Assembly (NCBI GenBank): GCA_963677485.1
Contig: OY781964.1
Location: 928,001 to 992,000 of the forward strand
Direction of reading: 5' to 3'
Length of the DNA stretch: 64,000 nt
DNA from: Armatimonadota bacterium
Lineage (GTDB): Bacteria > Armatimonadota > HRBIN16
Made by a program: the position numbers and the translations under genes. Each line of letters begins with the position of its first letter. The first letter of the stretch is position 1. The notes beneath the pieces are model-generated. The model was not told the origin of the DNA and searched no databases. It worked only from the letters and a program-made list of their open reading frames with translations. Positions 21,913 through 31,231 of this stretch are shown one piece after another.

Positions 21913-22710
21913 ATGCGACGTATACTCATCGCCGGAAACTGGAAGTTGAACGGCAGCATCGCCTGGGCCAAAGAGTTTGTGGCCGGTATGAAAGCGCAGA
22001 ACAACGGCAACAAGGCCGCCGAAGTCTGCTTGTGCCCCACCTTCACCAGCCTCTACCCCATCGGGCAGGAGCTGGCAGGCAGCGGCATCGCCCTCGGCGC
22101 ACAGGACATCTTCTGGAAAGACTCTGGCGCATACACCAGCCAGATTTCCGCTCCCATGCTCAAAGAGTGTGGCGTGACCTATGTCATCATCGGCCATAGC
22201 GAAACCCGCGGCCGTTACGGCGTACCAGAGCCGGACTTCACCCCCGAAGTACTGAAGCAGTTCGGTGAGACCGACACCACCGTCAACAAGAAGGCCCACT
22301 ACGCACTGGCCAGTGGCCTCAAGCCCATCATCTGCTGCGGCGAGACCCTTGAAGAGCGCGAAGCCGGTCAGGCTGACGGCATCATCGCCGCCCAAATCGA
22401 GAAGGCCGTCGCCGGCTTCACCGGTGAGCAGGCCGCTACCCTGGTGTTTGCTTACGAGCCCGTATGGGCCATCGGCACCGGCAAGAGCTGCGACACCGCT
22501 GAGGCCAACCGCATCTGCGGACTGGTTCGCAGCACCGTAGCCAAATGCTGCGGCGACGCGGCTGCCCAGAGTGCCCGCGTGCTCTACGGCGGATCGGTCA
22601 AGCCCGATAACGCCAAAGAGCTCCTCGCCACCAGCGACATCGACGGCGCCCTCGTCGGCGGAGCCTCCATGAAAGTGGACAGCTTCACCGGCATCATCGA
22701 CGCCGCGTAA
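21913..22710 (+). CDS. tpiA: Triosephosphate isomerase
   Basis: AGNWK, GHSE, AYEPVWAIGTG, LYGGSVKP, DGALVGGAS. Confidence 0.99.
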   Translation: MRRILIAGNWKLNGSIAWAKEFVAGMKAQNNGNKAAEVCLCPTFTSLYPIGQELAGSGIALGAQDIFWKDSGAYTSQISAPMLKECGVTYVIIGHSETRGRYGVPEPDFTPEVLKQFGETDTTVNKKAHYALASGLKPIICCGETLEEREAGQADGIIAAQIEKAVAGFTGEQAATLVFAYEPVWAIGTGKSCDTAEANRICGLVRSTVAKCCGDAAAQSARVLYGGSVKPDNAKELLATSDIDGALVGGASMKVDSFTGIIDAA

Positions 22711-22729
22711 GTACCGCGAACCAGCTCCC

Positions 22730-22760
22730 AGCCCCGTGCGGACCACCGCACGGGGCTTTT
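22730..22760 (+). terminator. Rho-independent terminator after tpiA
   Basis: AGCCCCGTGCGG-ACCA-CCGCACGGGGCT-TTT. Confidence 0.85.
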
Positions 22761-22884
22761 GCGTTTTAGGAACACACCACGATCCGTGGCATACCGGATG
22801 GTTCACAGTGTGGTATGGGGTACACTTGGCACAGAGGATGAACCGTTAAGACAGATTCCCCTACCCTCAACAGGCAGACACTCG

Positions 22885-25287
22885 TTGGCAGCATATACAT
22901 CACAATTTAGCAATACCGGCATACGAAGAGTTTTCGCGCTTTGCGTAGTGCTGTTGATTTTAATATCTGGCGCCGCTCATGCGCAGGTGCTCTACCGCGC
23001 GAACCTGCATGTACACACACAGGTCAGCAATCAACTCTCATTCTATGACGGGTTGGACGGCTACATCGAGTTCGACCATCGATTCACACAGTCTCCTACG
23101 GCCACACTCTCAAGTGCCGCAGCCGAGGGATTAAAAGTGGTGGGTCTGTCGGATCATGGCGGGTCTATCACATCGTCAGAATGGATTGATCTGTCAACAG
23201 CCGTCGCTGCAAACACCACAGTGACAGGGCTGAGAGGCTTCGAGTGGACGGGGTCGAGTCACCTGAATGTCTTTGGCACGAGTTCCTACGCAGATACCGC
23301 CCGTTTCGGTAACGGAACCCCTCCATACGAGATCATGACCATACCGGAGTTGTATACCTGGCTCAAATCCGCTAGCATGGCCGATGAATATGGATCCACG
23401 CCTGTCGTTCAGTTCAACCACATCAAATACGGCGATATGTTTGATGAGTTCGGCCATTGGGATGAGCAGATCGATCGCCTGATCTGTCTGGCGGAGCTTG
23501 GTTCTGCCCAAACCCCGTTCTACAGTCAAGCCAGCCATCAGGAACCACGCTTCCAAATGGCCCTGCAGGCGGGCTGGCATGTCGGACCTACAATTGGTAT
23601 CGACAACCAGACCGGTGTGGGCGATCAAGCCGCCACCCGCCACACCGGGGTGTGGGTAGATTCGGGCAGTGGAAGCGCTGGTGTGATGGATGCTCTGCGG
23701 GAACGAAGGGTCTTTGCGAGCGAGGACAGGGATGTGTCCCTTCAGTTTCACGCCACGAACAGCACCGATGGCAAATCATACTGGATGGGTAAAACCATCC
23801 CATCTGATCCGAAAGGTACGCTCTTCTCTCTGACCGTCAACGACCCAAGCGGATACACGAAAGACGCCTTCGAATCCATCGACCTGATGAGTTCGTCGTC
23901 CAGCCAACCGGTCTATCGGTGGGGAAGCACCAATGCCACTAAAAACGACATATACCGAGAGGTTTATTTCACATCCAATCAGCTCAGCTCTATGGTCAAA
24001 ACAGCGCGAGACGAAAACTGCTTCTACCTAAGGCTAAAGCAGAAGGGTGTGTTAGGTGTTGGGCAGGATTATATCTACTCAGCCCCTGTCTGGATCAAAT
24101 ACTGGACACCGGTCAGCGGAACAATCACCACAAATACCACATGGTCCCCGAAAAACAACCCCTACCTCATCAAGGGACTTGTATCCGTGGTGGCAGGCTG
24201 CACGCTCACGATACTGCCAGGTACGGTGGTGAAATTCGCCGATAGTGCCAGCAAGATCACGGTAGAAGGCAGCATCTCAGCTAATGGCACCGCTGGATCA
24301 CCTATCCATTTCACCAGCTTCAAAGATGATACGGTTAGTGGCGACACAGACCACGACACTGCCACCCCAGCTGCTGGTGACTGGTCGCAGATTAATATCA
24401 CTGGAGCTGGAGCACAGGGTTATTTTGGCCACTGTATTGTGCGATATGGAGGGTTTGGCAGCTCTGGGCCATCGGCCAGTCTGGTATGCAGCGGCGGAGC
24501 TTCACTCACCGTGACCAACTGTTCCGTAATCTCCAGCAATGCCAGCGGGGTTTATTCGAATGCACTCGGCACGACACTCAACAACAACATCATCGCCTAC
24601 TGCTCGTCAAGTGGCATAGTGCTGAATGGCGGATCTAGTTCATTAACCTATTCTGACACATGGCAGAATGGGGGCGATGAAATCCTGACCAGTGGAACAT
24701 TAACCGCAGGAAACATCCACTTGGATCCCCTGTTTGTCTCAAATGTCGCTGGTGATTTCCGACTTCAGGCAGGATCACCTTGCATAGACACAGGCGATCC
24801 GTTGATTATGGACGCTGATGGTTCGCGATCCGATATGGGAGCGGCCTCCGTGATGAGCCCATCAAGCCCGGCATCGCTGGAGCTGACCATCAATCCAGGC
24901 GGTGGATATCTCGGTGCTCTGGGTGGTGTGGTACTTCACTACAGCTTAAGCGAGGTGAACACCTACTCCGGCACCCTGGTACCGGACCACTCAGGGAAAG
25001 CGTGGATAACCGGTATTCAGAATGGCCGATATGACCTAAGAATGAGCAGCAGCCACTGGCTGACACGCCTCATCAAGAACATCGACATCAGCCAGGATAC
25101 CAGCCTGACGGTGTCGCTCACCAATGGCGACGCCGATGGTGACAACCAGATCAATCTGTTTGACTTCGTAGTGCTTGACCAGCACTTCGGCACATCGGAC
25201 TCAATGGCTGACCTGGACGGCAGCGGACAGGTGAACTTGTTCGACTATGTGATCATCGACCAGAACTTCGGGGCAAGGGGCGACTGA
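22885..25287 (+). CDS. Secreted PHP (CehA/McbA-like) metallohydrolase + right-handed beta-helix + dockerin-like C-terminus
   Basis: Signal-like RRVFALCVVLLILISGAAHA; NLHVHT, LSDH, GFEWT..HLNVF, QFNH; TTNTTW..NNPY..TLTILPGTVVKF; FRLQAGSPCIDTG..DGSRSDMGA; GDADGDNQINLFDF; start uncertain (ORF open from 22759). Confidence 0.75.
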   Translation: MAAYTSQFSNTGIRRVFALCVVLLILISGAAHAQVLYRANLHVHTQVSNQLSFYDGLDGYIEFDHRFTQSPTATLSSAAAEGLKVVGLSDHGGSITSSEWIDLSTAVAANTTVTGLRGFEWTGSSHLNVFGTSSYADTARFGNGTPPYEIMTIPELYTWLKSASMADEYGSTPVVQFNHIKYGDMFDEFGHWDEQIDRLICLAELGSAQTPFYSQASHQEPRFQMALQAGWHVGPTIGIDNQTGVGDQAATRHTGVWVDSGSGSAGVMDALRERRVFASEDRDVSLQFHATNSTDGKSYWMGKTIPSDPKGTLFSLTVNDPSGYTKDAFESIDLMSSSSSQPVYRWGSTNATKNDIYREVYFTSNQLSSMVKTARDENCFYLRLKQKGVLGVGQDYIYSAPVWIKYWTPVSGTITTNTTWSPKNNPYLIKGLVSVVAGCTLTILPGTVVKFADSASKITVEGSISANGTAGSPIHFTSFKDDTVSGDTDHDTATPAAGDWSQINITGAGAQGYFGHCIVRYGGFGSSGPSASLVCSGGASLTVTNCSVISSNASGVYSNALGTTLNNNIIAYCSSSGIVLNGGSSSLTYSDTWQNGGDEILTSGTLTAGNIHLDPLFVSNVAGDFRLQAGSPCIDTGDPLIMDADGSRSDMGAASVMSPSSPASLELTINPGGGYLGALGGVVLHYSLSEVNTYSGTLVPDHSGKAWITGIQNGRYDLRMSSSHWLTRLIKNIDISQDTSLTVSLTNGDADGDNQINLFDFVVLDQHFGTSDSMADLDGSGQVNLFDYVIIDQNFGARGD

Positions 25288-25320
25288 GACCCGCACGGGC
25301 AACCATGCTTCGACACTGAC

Positions 25321-25346
25321 GGGCAACCACGGGGGGTTGCCCGTAC
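25321..25346 (-). repeat. GTAG-family-like REP palindrome
   Basis: Minus strand GTACGGGCAACCCCCCGTGGTTGCCC; partial copy ACGGGCAACCA at ~25295; CTCCGCG x3 at 25348-25371. Confidence 0.65.
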
Positions 25347-25479
25347 CCTCCGCGACCTCCGCGCCTCCGCGTGAGGTATCGTTCCCATTCTTTCCTCCTG
25401 TCTTCTCCCTCCTAAATTCTCGAATGTTCTGGTACCATACTGTCAGAACAAACCGAACAGGCGGAGGATATCGCACGCC

Positions 25480-26805
25480 ATGAAAATCGCAACCCTCGTT
25501 GCAGTAGGAGCCCTTATGTCTACGCTCAACGCACCCTCTTTTGCTAAGGTGTCCGTCAACGGGCCATGGTCAGTGACCGTGGCTGCCGGCAATTACTCGG
25601 TAGATGGCAACTGGCACCACGTAGCCAACACCCAGGTTCTCGACGTTGCACCACCAGAACTCATCACCATCAAGGACGAGGCCGCCAAGCTCCCCACCGA
25701 TCCCGGCCCTGTGGCCGGCTGGACCAGGGGTTACCGTCCCACCAAGCTGATCACCCAGGAGTGTACCGCTCCCTACGTGCTCAAACAGAGCTCCGTGGTG
25801 ATCAAAGCATCTGCAGACGCCAGCGAGAGCTACGTCAAAGGCAAGGATTTTGATATCGAGCCGATGTGGAACACCATCTGGCGCACAGCCAACAGCAGCA
25901 TCCCCGCCGATGCCACCAGCTACATCACCTACACCTACGGTCAGAGCCGCCTCGACTCTATCGTGATCGATGCACAAGGTGTAGCCAAAATCGTGAAGGG
26001 CAAACCCGCCGTTTGGGAGGTGGCACCACCAGCTACCCCTAGAGGCAGCACGTTGATCGGCAGAATCTGGGTGCGCGGTGAGCTGACTCGGTTGGCTGAG
26101 AATGACATATACAATGTCACCGCCACACGATTATCTACGAAAAAGATGGCTCCATTGGCCGCCAAATTCACCCCGAAGGCCCTTGAGAAACTGAAGACAG
26201 GCCAGCCGCTCACCATCCTGTTCTGGGGTGACAGCGTCACCGCAGGCGGCGGACCCACCGAAGAGATGCGCTTCCCACACCAGGCGGTACGTATGCTGAA
26301 GAAGGCCTTCCCGAAGGCGAACATCAACTACACCATCAACGGCTGGGGCGGACGCACAAGCCATAACTTCATCATCGAGCCCTCTGGCAGCCAGTTCAAC
26401 TTCCAGGAAAAGATAGTAGACCCCAAGCCGGACCTGGTGATCAGCGAGTTCATCAACGACACCGGTCTGCCCCTTGATATGGTTCAGACCGAACACGAGA
26501 TGATTAAGAAGAAGTTCGCGGAGAACGGCACCGAATGGGTGATCCTCACTCCGCACTTCAGCATCTTCCAGGTGATGGGTGACCCGTCTGCCCACGTTGA
26601 TAAAGAAACTCGCCCGGTCGTACTCTACTGGCGCAAGTTCGTCCAGCCCGGTATCGGTCTAGCCGATGCCGCCGCCCGGTATGAGCACTTCCCCAGCGAA
26701 GGTATCCCCTTTATGACCCTCATGGCGAACAGCATCAACCACCCCAACAACTGGGGCAACACGGTGTTTGCTGAGGCGATTCTGAACTACTTCACCGGGA
26801 AGTAG
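25480..26805 (+). CDS. Secreted SGNH/GDSL hydrolase (paralog 1)
   Basis: Signal peptide; FWGDSVT, GWGG, EFIND, SINHP blocks. Confidence 0.8.
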   Translation: MKIATLVAVGALMSTLNAPSFAKVSVNGPWSVTVAAGNYSVDGNWHHVANTQVLDVAPPELITIKDEAAKLPTDPGPVAGWTRGYRPTKLITQECTAPYVLKQSSVVIKASADASESYVKGKDFDIEPMWNTIWRTANSSIPADATSYITYTYGQSRLDSIVIDAQGVAKIVKGKPAVWEVAPPATPRGSTLIGRIWVRGELTRLAENDIYNVTATRLSTKKMAPLAAKFTPKALEKLKTGQPLTILFWGDSVTAGGGPTEEMRFPHQAVRMLKKAFPKANINYTINGWGGRTSHNFIIEPSGSQFNFQEKIVDPKPDLVISEFINDTGLPLDMVQTEHEMIKKKFAENGTEWVILTPHFSIFQVMGDPSAHVDKETRPVVLYWRKFVQPGIGLADAAARYEHFPSEGIPFMTLMANSINHPNNWGNTVFAEAILNYFTGK

Positions 26806-26823
26806 GGTGAACCTCTACCAACA

Positions 26824-26857
26824 TGCTCAACTTGGCAATATTGCCAGGTTGAGCATT
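26824..26857. other. Near-perfect palindrome between SGNH paralogs (terminator or operator)
   Basis: ATGCTCAACTTGGCAA-TA-TTGCCAGGTTGAGCAT. Confidence 0.6.
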
Positions 26858-26904
26858 CCAATCCTCGGCACATAACAATAACCACCAGCAAAGGAATATC
26901 CAAT

Positions 26905-28230
26905 ATGAAGTGGAACGCCCTTCTTCTGTCAGGAGCAGCTATTATCTCAATGCAAACAATATCTGCAGCAAAAGTGATCATTTCGGGTGATTCTGAAATC
27001 ACCGTGCAGGCCGGTACCTATACCATTGATGGTAATGCACACCGTGTGAACACCTCGCAAAACTTGAGGCTCACACGGCCCCAGCGTGTGACGGTCCAGA
27101 ATGAAAAAGCGGTCATACCTACCGATGCGGGTGCCAATGCACCTTTCTGGGCACGCGGTTATACCCCGGGCTGGCTGGCCCCAGGCGGGATCGCTGCCTA
27201 CCAGGGCTTGCGCTCACAAAGCATCAAGTTGAAGTCAGCAGATGGATCGGTGCCCTACGCACGCGGCCTTGATTTCGATACCGACCCCACCTGGGGCACC
27301 ATCTGGCGCACCCCAAACAGCAGCATGGTCGATGGCGCGACCAGCTTGCTGACCTACACCTACAACCAGTGCCGGATCGATTCGATCGTAATCGACGCTC
27401 AAGGCATCGCCCGAGTCATTGAGGGCAAGACGGGGGTCTGGGAAGTCATGCCCCCTGAAACGCCGAAAGGTGATACCCTCATCGCACGCATATGGTGGCA
27501 CGGTGACGCCCAAAAGCTGACTGAAGAGCAGCTATACAACGTGACTGCGACCAAAATGCCGGTCCAAAAAGGCAACCCGCTGGCGGCAACATACACACCA
27601 AAGGTTCTGGCTAAGCTTCAAAACGGTGGTACAGTCAACATCACCTTCTGGGGCGACAGCGTCACCGATGGCGGTTCTGCCACCGAAGGTATGGGATTCC
27701 AGCACCAGTTCATCCGCATGCTCAAAAAGGCCTTCCCGAAAGCGAACATCAACTACGTCACCAACGCCTGGGGCGGACGGACCACCCATGCTTTCCTGAC
27801 CGAACCCAGCGGAAGTGCCTACAACTTCAAGGAGCAGATACTTAGTAAAAAGCCAGACCTGGTGGTCAGCGAATTCGTGAACGACACCGGCCTGCCTATG
27901 GATATGATTGAGAAGGACTACGCTCAGATTCAACAGGATTTCGCTGCGAACGAGATTGAGTGGCTCATCATGACTCCTCACTTCACGACGTTCGAGGTCA
28001 TGAGCGGAAACACCTGGCGAATATCAAAAGAGGCCCGCCCAGTGGTTCTCTACCTCAGGAAATTCGCCAAACCGGGGATCGGTGTAGCAGATGCGTCCGC
28101 ACGTTACGAGCATTTCGACAGTGAGGGCATCCCCTTCGCCAGCTTCATGGTGAACTCCATCAACCACCCGAACAACTGGGGTCATAAAGTGTTCGCTGAG
28201 GTGCTGCTGAACTACTTCACCGGCATGTAG
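26905..28230 (+). CDS. Secreted SGNH/GDSL hydrolase (paralog 2)
   Basis: Same length (441 aa) and motifs as the upstream paralog: FWGDSVT, AWGG, EFVND, SINHP. Confidence 0.8.
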   Translation: MKWNALLLSGAAIISMQTISAAKVIISGDSEITVQAGTYTIDGNAHRVNTSQNLRLTRPQRVTVQNEKAVIPTDAGANAPFWARGYTPGWLAPGGIAAYQGLRSQSIKLKSADGSVPYARGLDFDTDPTWGTIWRTPNSSMVDGATSLLTYTYNQCRIDSIVIDAQGIARVIEGKTGVWEVMPPETPKGDTLIARIWWHGDAQKLTEEQLYNVTATKMPVQKGNPLAATYTPKVLAKLQNGGTVNITFWGDSVTDGGSATEGMGFQHQFIRMLKKAFPKANINYVTNAWGGRTTHAFLTEPSGSAYNFKEQILSKKPDLVVSEFVNDTGLPMDMIEKDYAQIQQDFAANEIEWLIMTPHFTTFEVMSGNTWRISKEARPVVLYLRKFAKPGIGVADASARYEHFDSEGIPFASFMVNSINHPNNWGHKVFAEVLLNYFTGM

Positions 28231-28301
28231 GGGCCACCCTTGTGGTGGCCCGATATCCGGTGGCCTTGACCATCAGGGCCGGCACAAGGCACGGCCCCTA
28301 C
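28227..28301. repeat. Inverted GTAG-REP doublet (REPIN)
   Basis: GTAGGGGCCACCCTTGTGGTGGCCC ... GGGCCGGCACAAGGCACGGCCCCTAC. Confidence 0.75.
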
Positions 28302-28370
28302 GGTGGCACCGCGCATGCACCGCAGTAGGGGTATAATCTGGGCGTAAGCACGATAAAACGAGAGGTGTCT

Positions 28371-29936
28371 ATGCAACCAGTTGTCACCGCACAGCAGATG
28401 CACGAAATTGACCAAATCACCATACAGCAATATGGAATCCCAGCCATTGTGCTGATGGAGCACGCCGCGCTCAGCGTGGCGCAGGCCGTCGAACAGCATT
28501 GGGGCCATCTGCACAACCAGCGTATGCTTGTGTTCTGCGGTCACGGCAACAACGGCGGTGACGGCTTCGCCATCGCACGCCTTGCGGCCCACCGAGGGGC
28601 GAAGGTCTCCATTCTGTTTTCGGGTAACCTCGAGCGTATGAGTAGTGAGACCAGCACCAACTTTCAGGCAGCCAAATTGCACGGCATCCCCATACTGGAA
28701 AGTGCCGATTGTGATCTGGAGGAAGCGATTAAGGCAGCAGATATCCTCGTCGACGCGCTGCTGGGAACCGGCACCTCAGGAATCCTGCGTGAAGAGACAC
28801 AACAACTCGTGGGCCTCATCAACCAACGGCCCGAGCCGTCCAGACTGGTAGCGGTGGACATCCCCACCGGGTTACAGGCTGATAACGGACAGATTCTGGG
28901 TCAAGCGGTGCAGGCTGACCTTACAGTCACTTTTGGCCATCGTAAACCGGCATTGTGCATCACCCCCGGCATCACCTACTGTGGCAAGGTCGTCGTGGCG
29001 GACATCGGCATTCCGGCTCAGGCAATTCTGCAGGTAAAACCAGCCATCTTCTGGGTTGGTAAGTCAGCCCTGCAGTCACTGATGCCCCTTCGCCCTGTCG
29101 ATGGCCACAAAGGCATTTTCGGCCACACGTTGATCGTAGGCGGCAGCGTGGGCTTCGCAGGCGCCCCCATTCTGGCCGCGTCAGCAGCGATCAAAGCTGG
29201 TGTGGGGTTGTGTTCGGCTGCGATACCGGATAGCTATGTCACAGCAGGACTGACCGTAGAGCCAGGTGTGATGTGGCACGGCATGGGGTTGCACTCAGAG
29301 CATCTTGGCAGCGAAAGCGAGGTGGCTTTGCGTAAGCTGAGTGAGCAAGTGAAGTCGCTAGCCATCGGCCCGGGGCTGGGGCAGCATCCTGAGACGGTGA
29401 AGCTGCTGCTCCACTTGCTGGAAGCGCAGCTCCCCGCGCTGGTGTTGGATGCCGATGCGCTGAACATACTGGCAGCCCACTCATCGCTGGTGAGTCACCA
29501 ACTCTCTGAGAGGCAGGTCGTGCTCACTCCCCACCCCGGTGAACTGGCCCGGCTGATGGGCATTGGTATCCCTGAGATACAACAGGACAGAATCGCATCG
29601 GCACGGGCATCGGCAGCACAGTATCAAAGTGTGGTGGTGCTGAAGGGTGCTCACAGCGTCATCGCCGCACCAGATGGGTCAACCTACATCATCGCCACGG
29701 GTAACCCGATCCTGGCGGTCGGCGGCAGCGGCGATGTGCTGACAGGGATCATCGCGGCCCTGATGGCGCAAGGGCTGCCCGCACTGGAGGCGGCGATCCT
29801 CGGCAGCGGATGGCATGGTCTGGCTGGCGATGTGGCAGCAGAGAACCTTGGGCAGGCTGGAGCCAGTCCAATAGATATCATACGAGCCATCCCATTGGCC
29901 CGATTGCGCTGCTTACCTCAGGAGGATTCCGCGTGA
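28371..29936 (+). CDS. nnr: Bifunctional NAD(P)H-hydrate epimerase/dehydratase (NnrE-NnrD)
   Basis: LMEHAA, CGHGNNGGDG, VDALLGTG, AVDIPTG, HKGIFG, IGPGLG, LDADALN, TPHPGE, GSGDVLTG. Confidence 0.95.
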   Translation: MQPVVTAQQMHEIDQITIQQYGIPAIVLMEHAALSVAQAVEQHWGHLHNQRMLVFCGHGNNGGDGFAIARLAAHRGAKVSILFSGNLERMSSETSTNFQAAKLHGIPILESADCDLEEAIKAADILVDALLGTGTSGILREETQQLVGLINQRPEPSRLVAVDIPTGLQADNGQILGQAVQADLTVTFGHRKPALCITPGITYCGKVVVADIGIPAQAILQVKPAIFWVGKSALQSLMPLRPVDGHKGIFGHTLIVGGSVGFAGAPILAASAAIKAGVGLCSAAIPDSYVTAGLTVEPGVMWHGMGLHSEHLGSESEVALRKLSEQVKSLAIGPGLGQHPETVKLLLHLLEAQLPALVLDADALNILAAHSSLVSHQLSERQVVLTPHPGELARLMGIGIPEIQQDRIASARASAAQYQSVVVLKGAHSVIAAPDGSTYIIATGNPILAVGGSGDVLTGIIAALMAQGLPALEAAILGSGWHGLAGDVAAENLGQAGASPIDIIRAIPLARLRCLPQEDSA

Positions 29937-31228
29937 AACTGCATCTAGCTGCTGCCATTTCCGTGTTCATGATCACCGCTCAGATGGCGATGGCCCTTCC
30001 GAAAACCCTGGAGGTGCAGTTCCCTCAGGATCAAACCGTGTGGATGTGGGTTGAGGGATCCGAAAATCAACCCTTCACGCCGCCCCAGAGGGCAGATGGC
30101 GGTCAGGCCACCCTCAAACTGGACGCTGTCAACAAGCGATTTGGGGCCGACGCCGAACTCAAAACATCTGCCGCCCACCTCTGCGCACTCAATACAGACA
30201 CAGGCAACCTGGCCATCAAGCCGATCGCCATCGACAGCAACGAGGTGGTGGTGCGTAATGAAGATTTCAAGTACATCAACCGCCTCACGATCCGCGTGAT
30301 TGACAGCAAAGGCTACGCGGTGTCCAGTGCTGTGTTGACGATCAGCGACAGCACTGGGAAAAGCCAGTCGATGGTGCTAACGCCCAGCCATGGCGGCCAT
30401 CTGGATGTGTTCCGAATGCGCACAGGCAAGATCAATCTGGCTGGTAAATACGGCGACAACCTCTCGGCTGTCATCGAGGCGGACGTCAACGCGGATCGTG
30501 CCGACCCCGTGCCGGTCATTAAGATGCTGCTCAGCAGCGGAGCATCTGTGCTGAGCACCAAACCCGGCGAGGCGTCCTCACCGGCATCCGAATCCGAGCC
30601 CACTGCGAAGAGCCAGCAATCGGCACCCGTGCATCCATTAAACGTGTTGCTGGGTTTATTGGTGCTGGCAGGAATTGGATATGGAGTCTACCGGGTGTTA
30701 AAAAACCGCGATGCCAGCCTGAGCGGCGTTTTGAAACAGCTAGGCGTGGACCCCAACGCGGAAGAGCAGATACCACCCCTGAAAGCCATAAAACCTGAAG
30801 GCAAGGCACCTGAAGGTGTGAAAGTGCCAGAGGGCCACTGCCCCTTCTGCGGCAAACCCAAAGAAGAATGCGAGTGTAACAAGCCCGCTCAGATGCCCGT
30901 ATCGGCCCCCAGCATCGCCTCTACCGCGAAGTTTGCGGCATCGCCGGTTTTGGTAGGGGTATCCGCGAATGTGGGCTCTGTGCGGTTCACTGTGCCGGAG
31001 GGTGAGAGTATCCTGGGGCGCGACTCGAGTTGCCAATTGGCCATCGGTGATGACAGCACGGTCAGCCGACTGCACCTACAGTTGGTCTGGCAGGCCCAGA
31101 CGCTGACTGCGAAGGACCTGGGTAGTGCCAACGGCAGCCGTGTCAATGGGCAGACGCTAACTCAAGCCGAACTGCACCCAGGCGATATGCTGCAACTGGG
31201 CACCACAGTATTGCGTGTGGAAGGCTAA
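29933..31228 (+). CDS. Single-pass membrane protein: exported N-domain, TM, Cys-rich zinc-ribbon, C-terminal FHA domain
   Basis: GGAGG RBS before GTG 29933; signal peptide; TM VLLGLLVLAGIGYGVY; CPFCGKPKEECEC; LGRD..VSRLH..DLGSANG. Confidence 0.8.
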   Translation: MKLHLAAAISVFMITAQMAMALPKTLEVQFPQDQTVWMWVEGSENQPFTPPQRADGGQATLKLDAVNKRFGADAELKTSAAHLCALNTDTGNLAIKPIAIDSNEVVVRNEDFKYINRLTIRVIDSKGYAVSSAVLTISDSTGKSQSMVLTPSHGGHLDVFRMRTGKINLAGKYGDNLSAVIEADVNADRADPVPVIKMLLSSGASVLSTKPGEASSPASESEPTAKSQQSAPVHPLNVLLGLLVLAGIGYGVYRVLKNRDASLSGVLKQLGVDPNAEEQIPPLKAIKPEGKAPEGVKVPEGHCPFCGKPKEECECNKPAQMPVSAPSIASTAKFAASPVLVGVSANVGSVRFTVPEGESILGRDSSCQLAIGDDSTVSRLHLQLVWQAQTLTAKDLGSANGSRVNGQTLTQAELHPGDMLQLGTTVLRVEG

Positions 31229-31231
31229 CAT

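Noticed and set aside
19472-22806. Long antisense ORFs over gap, pgk and tpiA (200, 244, 336 aa)
   Set aside because: Shadow ORFs expected from strong codon bias in highly expressed genes
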